DNA from: Parvibaculaceae bacterium
Lineage (GTDB): Bacteria > Pseudomonadota > Alphaproteobacteria > Parvibaculales > Parvibaculaceae
Length of the DNA stretch: 64,000 bases
Assembly: GCA_029209985.1 (NCBI GenBank)
Contig: JARGNZ010000001.1
Span: 65,982 to 129,981, forward strand
Direction of reading: 5' to 3'
Shown: piece after piece, positions 19,201 to 27,548 of the stretch
Position numbering within the stretch: the stretch's first letter is position 1
Layout of the letters: the number at the start of each line of letters is the position of its first letter
Position numbers and translations under genes: made by a program
Notes under the pieces: generated by a model
Databases searched by the model: none
Seen by the model: the letters and a program-made list of their open reading frames with translations, nothing else
What the model was told of the DNA's origin: nothing

Positions 19201-20721
19201 TTACGTGTCGGTGGCTAAGCGATTTATATCAGCTTCTGCTGAAAGAGCTAGGCGACGAAACATCTCCGCGCGCTTTGGGCCGGGGGTCGGTGGGTAGAGA
19301 GCGGCATTGCGCCGCTTGCCGCGTAGCCATGCCAGAGCGATTTTGACAACGGCCCGACGGTTCTTCAGCCATTGATCTGATGGGGCGATCATTTGAAAGC
19401 CGCGTACAAAATTCCTAAACAGGGTGATGTCGCTGCGCAAGGCAATCATGAGAGCGTCTTCAATGAAACTCTTCGTTATCTTTGCACGGAGGCTTCGCTT
19501 TCTATTGGGAGTGAGCAAGGCCTTTGAGGCTTTGATGCCCTGTGCGTCTTGTTTGAGCATGGTGGTGTAATAGGGGCGTACTTCTTTTTCAACATACTTC
19601 ACATAGGCTGCCAGCCGGGCTGCGGGGTCTGTATGCGTGTTCAAAGCTTGTTTGAGACCTTCTGCCTCGACAAAGGCAAATGAACATCCGCGCCCATATA
19701 GGGGGTTGGTGCGTATATAGGCATCGCCAATTGGATAGAAATTGAGGAGGGCTGGCTTTCCGTCGGGCAGCAGCTCGCGCCACCGTGTGAACAATTTCCC
19801 CATGCCAAATACGCGGCTCACGCTCTCTGCGCGGCTCGCGTCTATCCAAGGTTTTAAGCCAGGAATTGCGGCGCATGTGGCATCAAAGACGTCAGGATCA
19901 ACCACGGCTTTTCTGAGTTCTTCTTCCTCTTCAGACACGGCAAGGGTGATCGAGTAGTGGTCGTTATCGGCGGGAAAAATCCCGAATTTCAAATAGCCTA
20001 GGTCGCCGGTGGCTGGTGCTTCGGATCGCTGCGGTTCGCTTTGGCCGGGCCGAAGGCGGTAATGGCGTGTGTAATAAATAATACCGGTCGGGGCTTCGGG
20101 GGCGGTGATGTCCACTCCTTTTGTCTCCAACCATTTTTCGGCAAAACTTAACCGTCCGCCAGCATCCACGACTATGTCAGTGGCGATGTGATCGTTTTCA
20201 CCGTTTGCTGTTTTAATGTCGATGCCAGTGAGCATGAGGGTGCCATCAGGCGTGCGTGTGGAGCCGAGGCCGGTTACTTGGGTATTGGTGAGGAGAGTGA
20301 TGCCGGGTTGAGCTTCGACAAACTTTCGAATGACATATTCGAATGTGCTGCGCCGTGAGCTCAAGATGGTGAAGTCTTTGTCTTCACTGTCGGGCACATA
20401 ATTTTTTGCTAAGGCGGGGGGCAGCATGTCTTCAAAGGTGAGCTCGCGGCATCCAGCATTGAGCAGAGCGGTTAGAAGATCGGGGTAGTCATCGCGAATG
20501 ATTTTGTAGAGGCGTGCTAAAAATGCGTGGGAATGGCGCAGATGGGTGACGCCTTTACGTTGCCATTCCTTGAATGCAAAATCTGCATCGCTTTGGTCGG
20601 GGCTCGTAGGGGGCGGGGCGTCTTTGTCGATGAGAATAATCTCACGACCTTCTTGCTGTAGTGCGAGCCCCGTCGCTAAACCAGCAATCCCGGCACCGAT
20701 GATGGCAATGGTTTGCGTCAT
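19201..20721 (-). CDS. FAD-dependent oxidoreductase (monooxygenase/reductase-like), specificity unknown
   Basis: N-terminal Rossmann motif IAIIGAGIAGLATGLAL..IILIDKD in 506 aa. A second FAD motif lies around DIVVDAGGR. Confidence 0.75.
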   Translation of the reverse strand: MTQTIAIIGAGIAGLATGLALQQEGREIILIDKDAPPPTSPDQSDADFAFKEWQRKGVTHLRHSHAFLARLYKIIRDDYPDLLTALLNAGCRELTFEDMLPPALAKNYVPDSEDKDFTILSSRRSTFEYVIRKFVEAQPGITLLTNTQVTGLGSTRTPDGTLMLTGIDIKTANGENDHIATDIVVDAGGRLSFAEKWLETKGVDITAPEAPTGIIYYTRHYRLRPGQSEPQRSEAPATGDLGYLKFGIFPADNDHYSITLAVSEEEEELRKAVVDPDVFDATCAAIPGLKPWIDASRAESVSRVFGMGKLFTRWRELLPDGKPALLNFYPIGDAYIRTNPLYGRGCSFAFVEAEGLKQALNTHTDPAARLAAYVKYVEKEVRPYYTTMLKQDAQGIKASKALLTPNRKRSLRAKITKSFIEDALMIALRSDITLFRNFVRGFQMIAPSDQWLKNRRAVVKIALAWLRGKRRNAALYPPTPGPKRAEMFRRLALSAEADINRLATDT

Positions 20722-20891
20722 AATCCCTCCAACAATTTCAGTGTCAGCGCCCTTGTGGGCATCTTATTTGGCCCGTGCCATAAAAACTGCTCTGTAGACT
20801 ATAACTAGACTCCGTTCTTGGTAAAGGTGTTTTACTAGGTTGGGTGTGCAGATATCTCTCTATTCTGGCGCGTGGGGCACCCTAAAAGCTT

Positions 20892-21281
20892 TTAATTGTT
20901 GGGGATTTGGCGCGCGGCAAAGGCCAATGAAATCCAGCCACAGAGGAAAAGTACTCCCCCGATTGGCGTGAAAAGCACAAGGGAGCGGCTTTCGGTGATC
21001 CCTAAAACGTATAAGGAGCCAGAAAAGAGGAGAGTGCCAAGAAGGAAAGCCCAGCCAGCGACTTGGCCTATTTGGCTGGTGGGGACTTTTGACAGAAGCC
21101 AGCCAACGCCAAGCAAGGCAAGCGCATGGTACATGTGATACTGCGCGCCGGTTTGGAATGCGGCAAGTTCAGTGGGGCCAACTTTATTTTGCAGGCCGTG
21201 GGCGCCAAAGGCACCAAAGCCAACGGCAAGGGCGCCGTTGAGGGCACCAAGTGAAAACCAAACTTTTGAGGGCAAGCGCAT
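20892..21281 (-). CDS. DUF423 (YgdD-like) membrane protein
   Basis: 129 aa with 4 TM segments and GALNGALAVGFGAFGAHGL, typical of the family. Confidence 0.75.
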   Translation of the reverse strand: MRLPSKVWFSLGALNGALAVGFGAFGAHGLQNKVGPTELAAFQTGAQYHMYHALALLGVGWLLSKVPTSQIGQVAGWAFLLGTLLFSGSLYVLGITESRSLVLFTPIGGVLFLCGWISLAFAARQIPNN

Positions 21282-21533
21282 TGAGGATCTCTTTTACGTG
21301 GAAAGTGGATGCTGGATGACGGCATGTCTGTGTCTTATTGTGATGGATTCGAACGCTTACGCAAGCTGACCGTCTTGTGAGTCGGAAGTATCTTGGTATG
21401 GGGTAATCGCACTAATACGGATTGACAGTGGTTCTGTGATGACTAGGTTATAGGACAGGCGACAAATAAATAAGTAAGGCATTAACAAGGTGCCAGTCAT
21501 TTAGGAAAGTCGATGATCGAGTGAGGTGCTTGT

Positions 21534-22688
21534 ATGAGCGAATTGCTAGGGGCATTGATGGGATACACGGGAGGGAGACCCATGCTTACTAAAGGTGATG
21601 ACTATCCGATTCATCAGTTGCCAGAGCCGATTGCGACGGCGGGAACTGATCGGAACTTCTATGATCGATATTTTTTTAATGGTTATTCAAGGGACGGCTC
21701 TGTCTTTTTTGCCACCGCCTTGGGGGTTTACCCGCATCTTAATATTATGGACGGTGCGTTCTCTGTGGTGATTGATGGAGTGCAACATAATCTGCATGCC
21801 TCTCGCTTTATGGGGATGGAGCGCATGGATACGCAGGTTGGCCCTCTTACAATTGAGGTGCTGGAACCGCTGCAATCTTTGCGCATACGTGTTGATCACC
21901 CGGAAAGTGGGCTTAAAGCTGATTTGACTTACCATGGTCGGGCGGTGGCGATTGAGGAGCCGCGCTTTACGTACCGTCAGGGGCCTCGTGTGTTGTTAGA
22001 CTATACGCGTCTCACTCAAAATGGGACCTATGAAGGGTGGATTGAAGTCGCTGGAAAACGCATTGAGATTGCTCGCGACACGCATTGGGGGACACGGGAT
22101 CGTTCTTGGGGCGTGCGGCCCATAGGGGCAAGCGATCCTCAGCCATCTGCGCCGCCCCGTAGCCCGCAATTTTATTGGTTATGGTCCCCCCTTAATTTTG
22201 AGAGTGGCTTGACCCTGTATCATAACAATTCCGATGAATTTGGACGTCCTTGGAATGAAGCGGCTGTTATGTGCGGTTTGGATGGCGCTTCTCCGCGCCA
22301 CATGGCGCATTGTTCTTCAGAATTGGATTTTCTGTCTGGATCGCGTCATGCCAAAGAGGCCACTTTGCGGATGGTTGATGATGAGGGCGGCGAAACAATT
22401 ATTGAACTCACCCCTAAGTGGACCTTCTATATGAAGGGCCTCGGTTATGGGAACCCGGATTGGGGCCATGGTCACTTTAAGGGTGAGTTGGCTGTTGAGT
22501 ATGAGAGCTTTGCTACTTCAGACATTACGGATTGCGTGCCGCCTAATCTGCATATTCAGGCCTTTGTGGAAGCCCGTAAAACAGCTCCTGATGGGTCTGT
22601 CGAATTGGGCTCGGGCATTCTAGAGCAATTGATTATTGGGCCACATGCCCCTTCTGGTTTTCAAGACATACTCGATTTGGCACCGTGA
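21534..22688 (+). CDS. conserved hypothetical protein (soluble, beta-rich); first gene of a coupled three-gene operon
   Basis: 384-aa ORF with coding-like composition. WGTRDRSWGVRP and NPDWGHGHF motifs are present but I cannot name a family. The start could be 21534 or 21582. Confidence 0.6.
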   Translation: MSELLGALMGYTGGRPMLTKGDDYPIHQLPEPIATAGTDRNFYDRYFFNGYSRDGSVFFATALGVYPHLNIMDGAFSVVIDGVQHNLHASRFMGMERMDTQVGPLTIEVLEPLQSLRIRVDHPESGLKADLTYHGRAVAIEEPRFTYRQGPRVLLDYTRLTQNGTYEGWIEVAGKRIEIARDTHWGTRDRSWGVRPIGASDPQPSAPPRSPQFYWLWSPLNFESGLTLYHNNSDEFGRPWNEAAVMCGLDGASPRHMAHCSSELDFLSGSRHAKEATLRMVDDEGGETIIELTPKWTFYMKGLGYGNPDWGHGHFKGELAVEYESFATSDITDCVPPNLHIQAFVEARKTAPDGSVELGSGILEQLIIGPHAPSGFQDILDLAP

Positions 22689-23737
22689 GGGATATGATGG
22701 AAGAATTAGCGAAAAAGTTTGCAGGGTATTTGCAGCATAAAATGCCTCACGTTTCCAATGTTGAGGTGCGTGATTTGTCGCGTATTCATGGGGGCGCAAG
22801 TCGAGAGACGTACCGTCTGACAGGGCATTGGGATGAAGAAGGGACGGCGGTTGCCAAACCCCTCATCTTGCGGCGTGACCCAGAAGTGAGTTTGATTGAA
22901 ACTGAACGGGATTTGGAATTTAACGCCTATCTCGCCTTTCACGGCACCGGTGTTCCGGTGCCTGAAGCTTTGTTTTTGGAATTAGAGACCAAGTGGTTGG
23001 ACCGTCCTTTTTTTGTGATGGAACAAATCATCGAAAGCGAAGCCGCGTCTCCCTTTTTGCCAGACCCTTATGGGGCGCTTGCTGACAAATTGGCGCCGCA
23101 GTTTTTTGGTATCTTGGGTAAAATTTCTGCCCAACAACCAGATGCGATTGGTTTGGCGAGCAGCATGGAGCAACCAGCGCTTGAGGCATGTGCAGTTGGG
23201 CAGTTGGATTATTGGGTCGGGGAGATCAACAAGGATGCGTTGGAACCCAATCCCTTGTTGCAATCGGCGATCCGTTGGCTGCGCCGTAACCCGCCGCCAC
23301 CACCAAAGCGGCTAAGCGTGGTGCATGGGGACTATCGGACGGGGAATTTTCTTTATAATACCAGTGGCGACATTACAGCCATTCTGGATTGGGAAATGTG
23401 CCACTTGGGTGACCCGTTGGAAGACTTAGCGTGGGCAATTGATCCGCTCTGGGCTTTTGAAAACGGCGACCGTCCTGCCTCCTTGATGGAAAGAGAGGCG
23501 GCCCTTGCTTTGTGGGAAGAGGCTAGCGGGTTTGATATTGACCGAGCCGCGTTGCTTTGGTGGGAAGTCTTTTCTGCTGTTAAGGGGCTGGCGATTTGGA
23601 TATCTGCTGGTAAGGAATTTCAAACAGGTGGAAATGCGGACCCGATTATGGGTTTGTCGAGCTGGTATTGCACCGATGTTCATACTCGGTTGTTGGCGGC
23701 ACGCATGCCTAAACTACGTGCGGAGGAGCGATCATGA
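22685..23737 (+). CDS. phosphotransferase (APH/choline-kinase-like) family protein
   Basis: VVHGDYRTGNFLY (catalytic-loop HxDxxxxN) and ILDWEMCHLGDPLEDLA (DxE metal loop). The start overlaps the upstream stop (GTGA). Confidence 0.85.
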   Translation: MRDMMEELAKKFAGYLQHKMPHVSNVEVRDLSRIHGGASRETYRLTGHWDEEGTAVAKPLILRRDPEVSLIETERDLEFNAYLAFHGTGVPVPEALFLELETKWLDRPFFVMEQIIESEAASPFLPDPYGALADKLAPQFFGILGKISAQQPDAIGLASSMEQPALEACAVGQLDYWVGEINKDALEPNPLLQSAIRWLRRNPPPPPKRLSVVHGDYRTGNFLYNTSGDITAILDWEMCHLGDPLEDLAWAIDPLWAFENGDRPASLMEREAALALWEEASGFDIDRAALLWWEVFSAVKGLAIWISAGKEFQTGGNADPIMGLSSWYCTDVHTRLLAARMPKLRAEERS

Positions 23738-24183
23738 AGCCAGATGTTCCAGTGGTGATGAACCAATTTTTTGGCAAAATGTTGCTTGAGCTTGGGCCTG
23801 CCCTTGAGGGTACTTATGCGTCTGGGAGTTCCAGCGTTATGGGCTTGATGATGTTTATGGCGGGCGAAGAATATGAACGGGGCGCACAAGTGCGTGTCGA
23901 GGATATTGCTGAGTTGCGTGATATTTTTGGGGAGGCGTCTGGGTTGGTATCTGATGCGGCGCTTAAACAAAAGTTGGGTGAGGCAGCGCAAGGGAGTGAA
24001 ACTTCGCTGCGTATTTCAGAGCTTGATAGTGCGCACGGTCAGCTTGCAAAGACACTGATCGAGCTGCAAGACTTTCTAGAGTCGACCCCTGAAGATTGGG
24101 CGGCTGCATTGGAAGAGCGCATTTACGCCCATCTTTTGCGTTCGGCTGAAGCACGCCGTATGCCGTATCCAGATATGGGCTAG
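23734..24183 (+). CDS. small helical hypothetical protein
   Basis: 149 aa. The ATG overlaps the kinase stop (ATGA), so the genes are translationally coupled. A strong terminator follows. Confidence 0.55.
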   Translation: MKPDVPVVMNQFFGKMLLELGPALEGTYASGSSSVMGLMMFMAGEEYERGAQVRVEDIAELRDIFGEASGLVSDAALKQKLGEAAQGSETSLRISELDSAHGQLAKTLIELQDFLESTPEDWAAALEERIYAHLLRSAEARRMPYPDMG

Positions 24184-24285
24184 AGCGGGGATTGGCTTAA
24201 CTGTGGTGGGTGTTGTGCGCGGGAGTTTAGAGATTGGATCACCTGTGCGCTAACGCTGGCAAAAGCCGTCTCAATATGTGACTTT

Positions 24286-24329
24286 GAATCCGCTTCTTAG
24301 GCTAAGCCCTTGGGAGCGGATTCTTTTTT
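24286..24329 (+). terminator. intrinsic terminator of the 21534-24183 operon
   Basis: GAATCCGCT...AGCGGATTC stem followed by TTTTTT. Confidence 0.75.
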
Positions 24330-24350
24330 GGTTTATCCACAGGGGGCGAC

Positions 24351-25544
24351 ATGCTCGGACTTCGTTTGTCGTTTTTTTATGTGGCCCTCTTTTTATATGT
24401 CGGCATTTATATGCCGTTCTTTCCCGTCTGGGCGCAGTTTAAACTTTTGAGCGACGGGCAACTGGCTACCATGTTTGCAACGGCGATGATGGTGCGGGTG
24501 GTGACCGGCCCGTTGATTGCGTTGGTCGCTGATGGGTTGGGTAATCGACGGATTATCATTCAAATTCTGGCGGTGCTTTCAACAGTGGCCACAGCCTTGC
24601 TGTTTATCACTGATGCCTATTTGTGGATTTTTATTGCACATCTTTTGCTTGCCGTGCTCCATGCACCGATGATGCCTTTGATCGAAAGTATTTCGATGCG
24701 TCTGTCTATCGCGGGGGCATTTGATTATGGGCGCGTTCGGTTGTGGGGGTCTCTGGCGTTTATCGTGAGCAGTACCGGGATTGGGTGGGCGTTGGACCTG
24801 TGGAGTGCGGCAATTATTATTCCTGCGCTTGTGTGCGCTGCCGGGTTGACGGTTTTTGCATCTGTGTTGCTGCCACAAGAAAATCACAACACTCCTAAAA
24901 TGATGGGGCCTGCATCTGTTTCACGGGGGAGCAAGATGCCTTTTTCCGACGTGGGCGTGGTTCTGCGGCATCCTTTGTTTTTGGCCTTCTTTGTCGCAAT
25001 GGGCTTGGCACAGGGATCACATGCTCTCTACTACTCTTTTGGTAGTTTGAATTGGCAGCGTATTGGATATGACACGGACCTTATTGGGGTGTTTTGGTCC
25101 ATTGGGGTTGCGTCTGAAATTTTGCTGTTTTTGGGCTTTAGCCGGATTGCAAAATGGTTTTCGCCTGTTTCATTGTTTATGACGGCTGGGTTTGCTGTTG
25201 TTTTGCGCTGGGGCCTGATGGCTGTTGAGCCTCCATTGGCGGTCGTCATTTTTGCGCAAATGCTTCATGGAATTACGTTTGGGATGGCGCATTTGGGCAG
25301 TATGCATTTTATTGCCCGTTCTGTGCCGCCCCGTTTTTCTGCGACACTTCAGAGTTTAGGAGCTGCTGTCGCGAGTGGTTTGTTCATGGGTCCGTTGACT
25401 TATTTTTCTGGGCCAACGTATGAACGGTTCTTTTCGGGGGCTTATGCGGTGATGTCTTTGCTGGGGGTTGTCGTGCTGGTTGCGGCCTTTGTACTTGCCC
25501 GCCGTTGGGATGGCGGATTGATTATCCAAGAAACCGAGGCCTGA
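24351..25544 (+). CDS. MFS transporter (LacY/HcaT-like subfamily)
   Basis: 397 aa with about 12 TM segments. The N-terminus LRLSFFYVALFLYVGIYMPFFPVW is typical of the MFS_1_like/PPP family. Confidence 0.8.
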   Translation: MLGLRLSFFYVALFLYVGIYMPFFPVWAQFKLLSDGQLATMFATAMMVRVVTGPLIALVADGLGNRRIIIQILAVLSTVATALLFITDAYLWIFIAHLLLAVLHAPMMPLIESISMRLSIAGAFDYGRVRLWGSLAFIVSSTGIGWALDLWSAAIIIPALVCAAGLTVFASVLLPQENHNTPKMMGPASVSRGSKMPFSDVGVVLRHPLFLAFFVAMGLAQGSHALYYSFGSLNWQRIGYDTDLIGVFWSIGVASEILLFLGFSRIAKWFSPVSLFMTAGFAVVLRWGLMAVEPPLAVVIFAQMLHGITFGMAHLGSMHFIARSVPPRFSATLQSLGAAVASGLFMGPLTYFSGPTYERFFSGAYAVMSLLGVVVLVAAFVLARRWDGGLIIQETEA

Positions 25545-25637
25545 TTTTAAGTTAGAGCCTTTTGAGCAAATAAGGGTTTTCCTGATCTCAAACATGTGTA
25601 CGATCGGCCCGTGTGGGGTGTTGAGATAGGGGGAAAG

Positions 25638-26495
25638 ATGCACGGCGAGGTCATACCAACTGGTGCAGCATTAGGTGCAGAAATAAAGGGATTGGACTTA
25701 TCCAAGCCCCTTACTGCATTGGAAACGGACCTTATCCGCGAAGCTTGGTTAGATCATTCGGTCTTGCTGTTTCGCGATCAAACTCTCGACGATGATGCCC
25801 TGATTGAATTTTCTCGGCGGTTTGGGAAATTGGAATTGAGCCCAGCCAGCGCCGATGATGCGGCTGGCGGACAAGTCAACTCTCAACCCGAAATATGGAT
25901 TATATCCAACGTGGTTGAAGAGGGGCAACCCATCGGCGCCCTTGGAGATAAGGAAGCCGATTGGCACACCGACATGTCTTATGTCGAAGAACCTCCAATG
26001 GGCAGTGTTCTGTACTCTCTGGAAGTGCCGGAAGTTGGCGGCAATACAAGCTTTGCGAATATGTATAAAGCCTATGAGCAACTTCCTGCTGTGTTGCGTG
26101 AGGCGGCGCGGGAGCTGACGTGTCATCATGATAGCTCAACCACCAGTGTGGGAGAAACACGGGTTGGGTTTGAGGGGGTCTGGGATGTGCGCGATGCGCC
26201 GGGTGCTGTTCACCCTATGGTGCGGACACACCCTGAAACAGGGGGGCTGGCGCTTTATCTTGGCCGTCGACGTAATTCTTATATTCCCGGGTTGGAATTG
26301 GAAGATAGCGAAGACCTGCTCGATGAATTGTGGGCGCATTGTACCAAGCCGGAGTTTGCTTGGACCCATCGTTGGAAAAAGGGGGACCTTGTGATGTGGG
26401 ATAACCGTTGTGCGATCCATCGGCGCGATGCTTTTTCACCTCGGGTGCGCCGGGTCATGCACCGGACGCAAATTTCGGGTGATAAACCGCGTTGA
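25638..26495 (+). CDS. TauD/TfdA-family Fe(II)/2-oxoglutarate dioxygenase
   Basis: HTDMSY (HxD iron ligands), GGNTSFANM and WDNRCAIHRR motifs. SD AGGGGGA lies before the ATG at 25638. Confidence 0.9.
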   Translation: MHGEVIPTGAALGAEIKGLDLSKPLTALETDLIREAWLDHSVLLFRDQTLDDDALIEFSRRFGKLELSPASADDAAGGQVNSQPEIWIISNVVEEGQPIGALGDKEADWHTDMSYVEEPPMGSVLYSLEVPEVGGNTSFANMYKAYEQLPAVLREAARELTCHHDSSTTSVGETRVGFEGVWDVRDAPGAVHPMVRTHPETGGLALYLGRRRNSYIPGLELEDSEDLLDELWAHCTKPEFAWTHRWKKGDLVMWDNRCAIHRRDAFSPRVRRVMHRTQISGDKPR

Positions 26496-26510
26496 ACCTA
26501 TGGGGGCATG

Positions 26511-27491
26511 TTAGCCCCAGATGTCGGAGGTGCACGGTTTGAGGGTGCTGCCATCGTACACAAGGCCGGGTGCTCGGTCTTTGGCTAATAGGAGTGGCCC
26601 GTCTAGGTCTATATATTTGGCAAAACTTGCGAGCAGAAGGGCGGGGGCCATTCCCAGGGATGTGCCCACCATGCAACCGATCATAATGGAGAGGCCTGCT
26701 GCTTTTGCCGCTTTTGCCAATTGCACCGCATCGGTCAAGCCACCGGTTTTATCCAGTTTAATGTTGACGGCTTGGTACAAGGGAATAAGGCGCGCTAAGT
26801 CTTTGCTGGTGTGGCAGCTTTCATCGGCACAAAAGGGAATGGGGCTTTTGATGGTGCGCAGGGCGTCGTCGGCATCGGCGGGAAGCGGCTGTTCAATGAG
26901 GTCGACGCCGTAACGCTGTAGGTCAGCTGCAAGCTGGATTGCTTCTGTGGCTTGCCACCCTTCATTGGCGTCTACAATTAACCGGGACGAAGGCGCTCCT
27001 TGGCGAATTGCGGCAAGGCGTGCGCTGTCTCCCTCATTGCCGAGTTTGATTTTTAGAAGGGGGCGATGGGCATTTTCTTCAGCGGCCTTTTGCATGGCTT
27101 CTGGTGTATCCAGCCCAAGGGTGTAGGCTGTTGTTACCGCCTTAGGCTCTGGAAGGCTCAAAAGTTGCCATACGGGTTTTGACTTTTGTTTGGCGTGCAA
27201 ATCCCAAAGTGCACAGTCGATTGCATTACGGGCCGCTCCGGCGGGTAAGAGATCGAGAAGGGCGTATTGGTTTGCGCCATTTTCAATGGCAGAACGCACG
27301 GTTTCAATTTCAGCCAGTACGCTTTCGATGGTTTCGCCGTAATGGGCATAGGGGACGCATTCGCCAGCACCTGTGTGCGCTCCATCATTGATTTTTACGA
27401 TAACAACATGGGCGCTGGTTTTACTGCCGCGCGAAATGCCAAATGCTTTTGCGAGGGGCCACTCTTCAGCTTGTGCGGTCAAAATGATCAT
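26511..27491 (-). CDS. dipeptide epimerase / N-acyl amino acid racemase-like enolase-superfamily protein
   Basis: 326 aa with LKIKLG, VDANEGW, IEQPLP and ADES (metal ligands and catalytic Lys pattern of L-Ala-D/L-Glu epimerases). Confidence 0.8.
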   Translation of the reverse strand: MIILTAQAEEWPLAKAFGISRGSKTSAHVVIVKINDGAHTGAGECVPYAHYGETIESVLAEIETVRSAIENGANQYALLDLLPAGAARNAIDCALWDLHAKQKSKPVWQLLSLPEPKAVTTAYTLGLDTPEAMQKAAEENAHRPLLKIKLGNEGDSARLAAIRQGAPSSRLIVDANEGWQATEAIQLAADLQRYGVDLIEQPLPADADDALRTIKSPIPFCADESCHTSKDLARLIPLYQAVNIKLDKTGGLTDAVQLAKAAKAAGLSIMIGCMVGTSLGMAPALLLASFAKYIDLDGPLLLAKDRAPGLVYDGSTLKPCTSDIWG

Positions 27492-27548
27492 AGAGGCAGA
27501 ATGGCCCGACGCGTGCGCCGGGCCAAGTGTTTCTTGAAAAATATTCGC

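Noticed and set aside
21345-21354. GGATTCGAAC, the reverse complement of the universal tRNA T-loop motif (GTTCGAATCC), in the gap before the 21534 operon. This could indicate a tRNA gene or a tRNA-fragment att site.
   Set aside because: The flanks do not form a T-stem (GTAAGCG vs CCATCAC on the minus strand). There is no acceptor stem or CCA context, and no integrase or other island features lie nearby.
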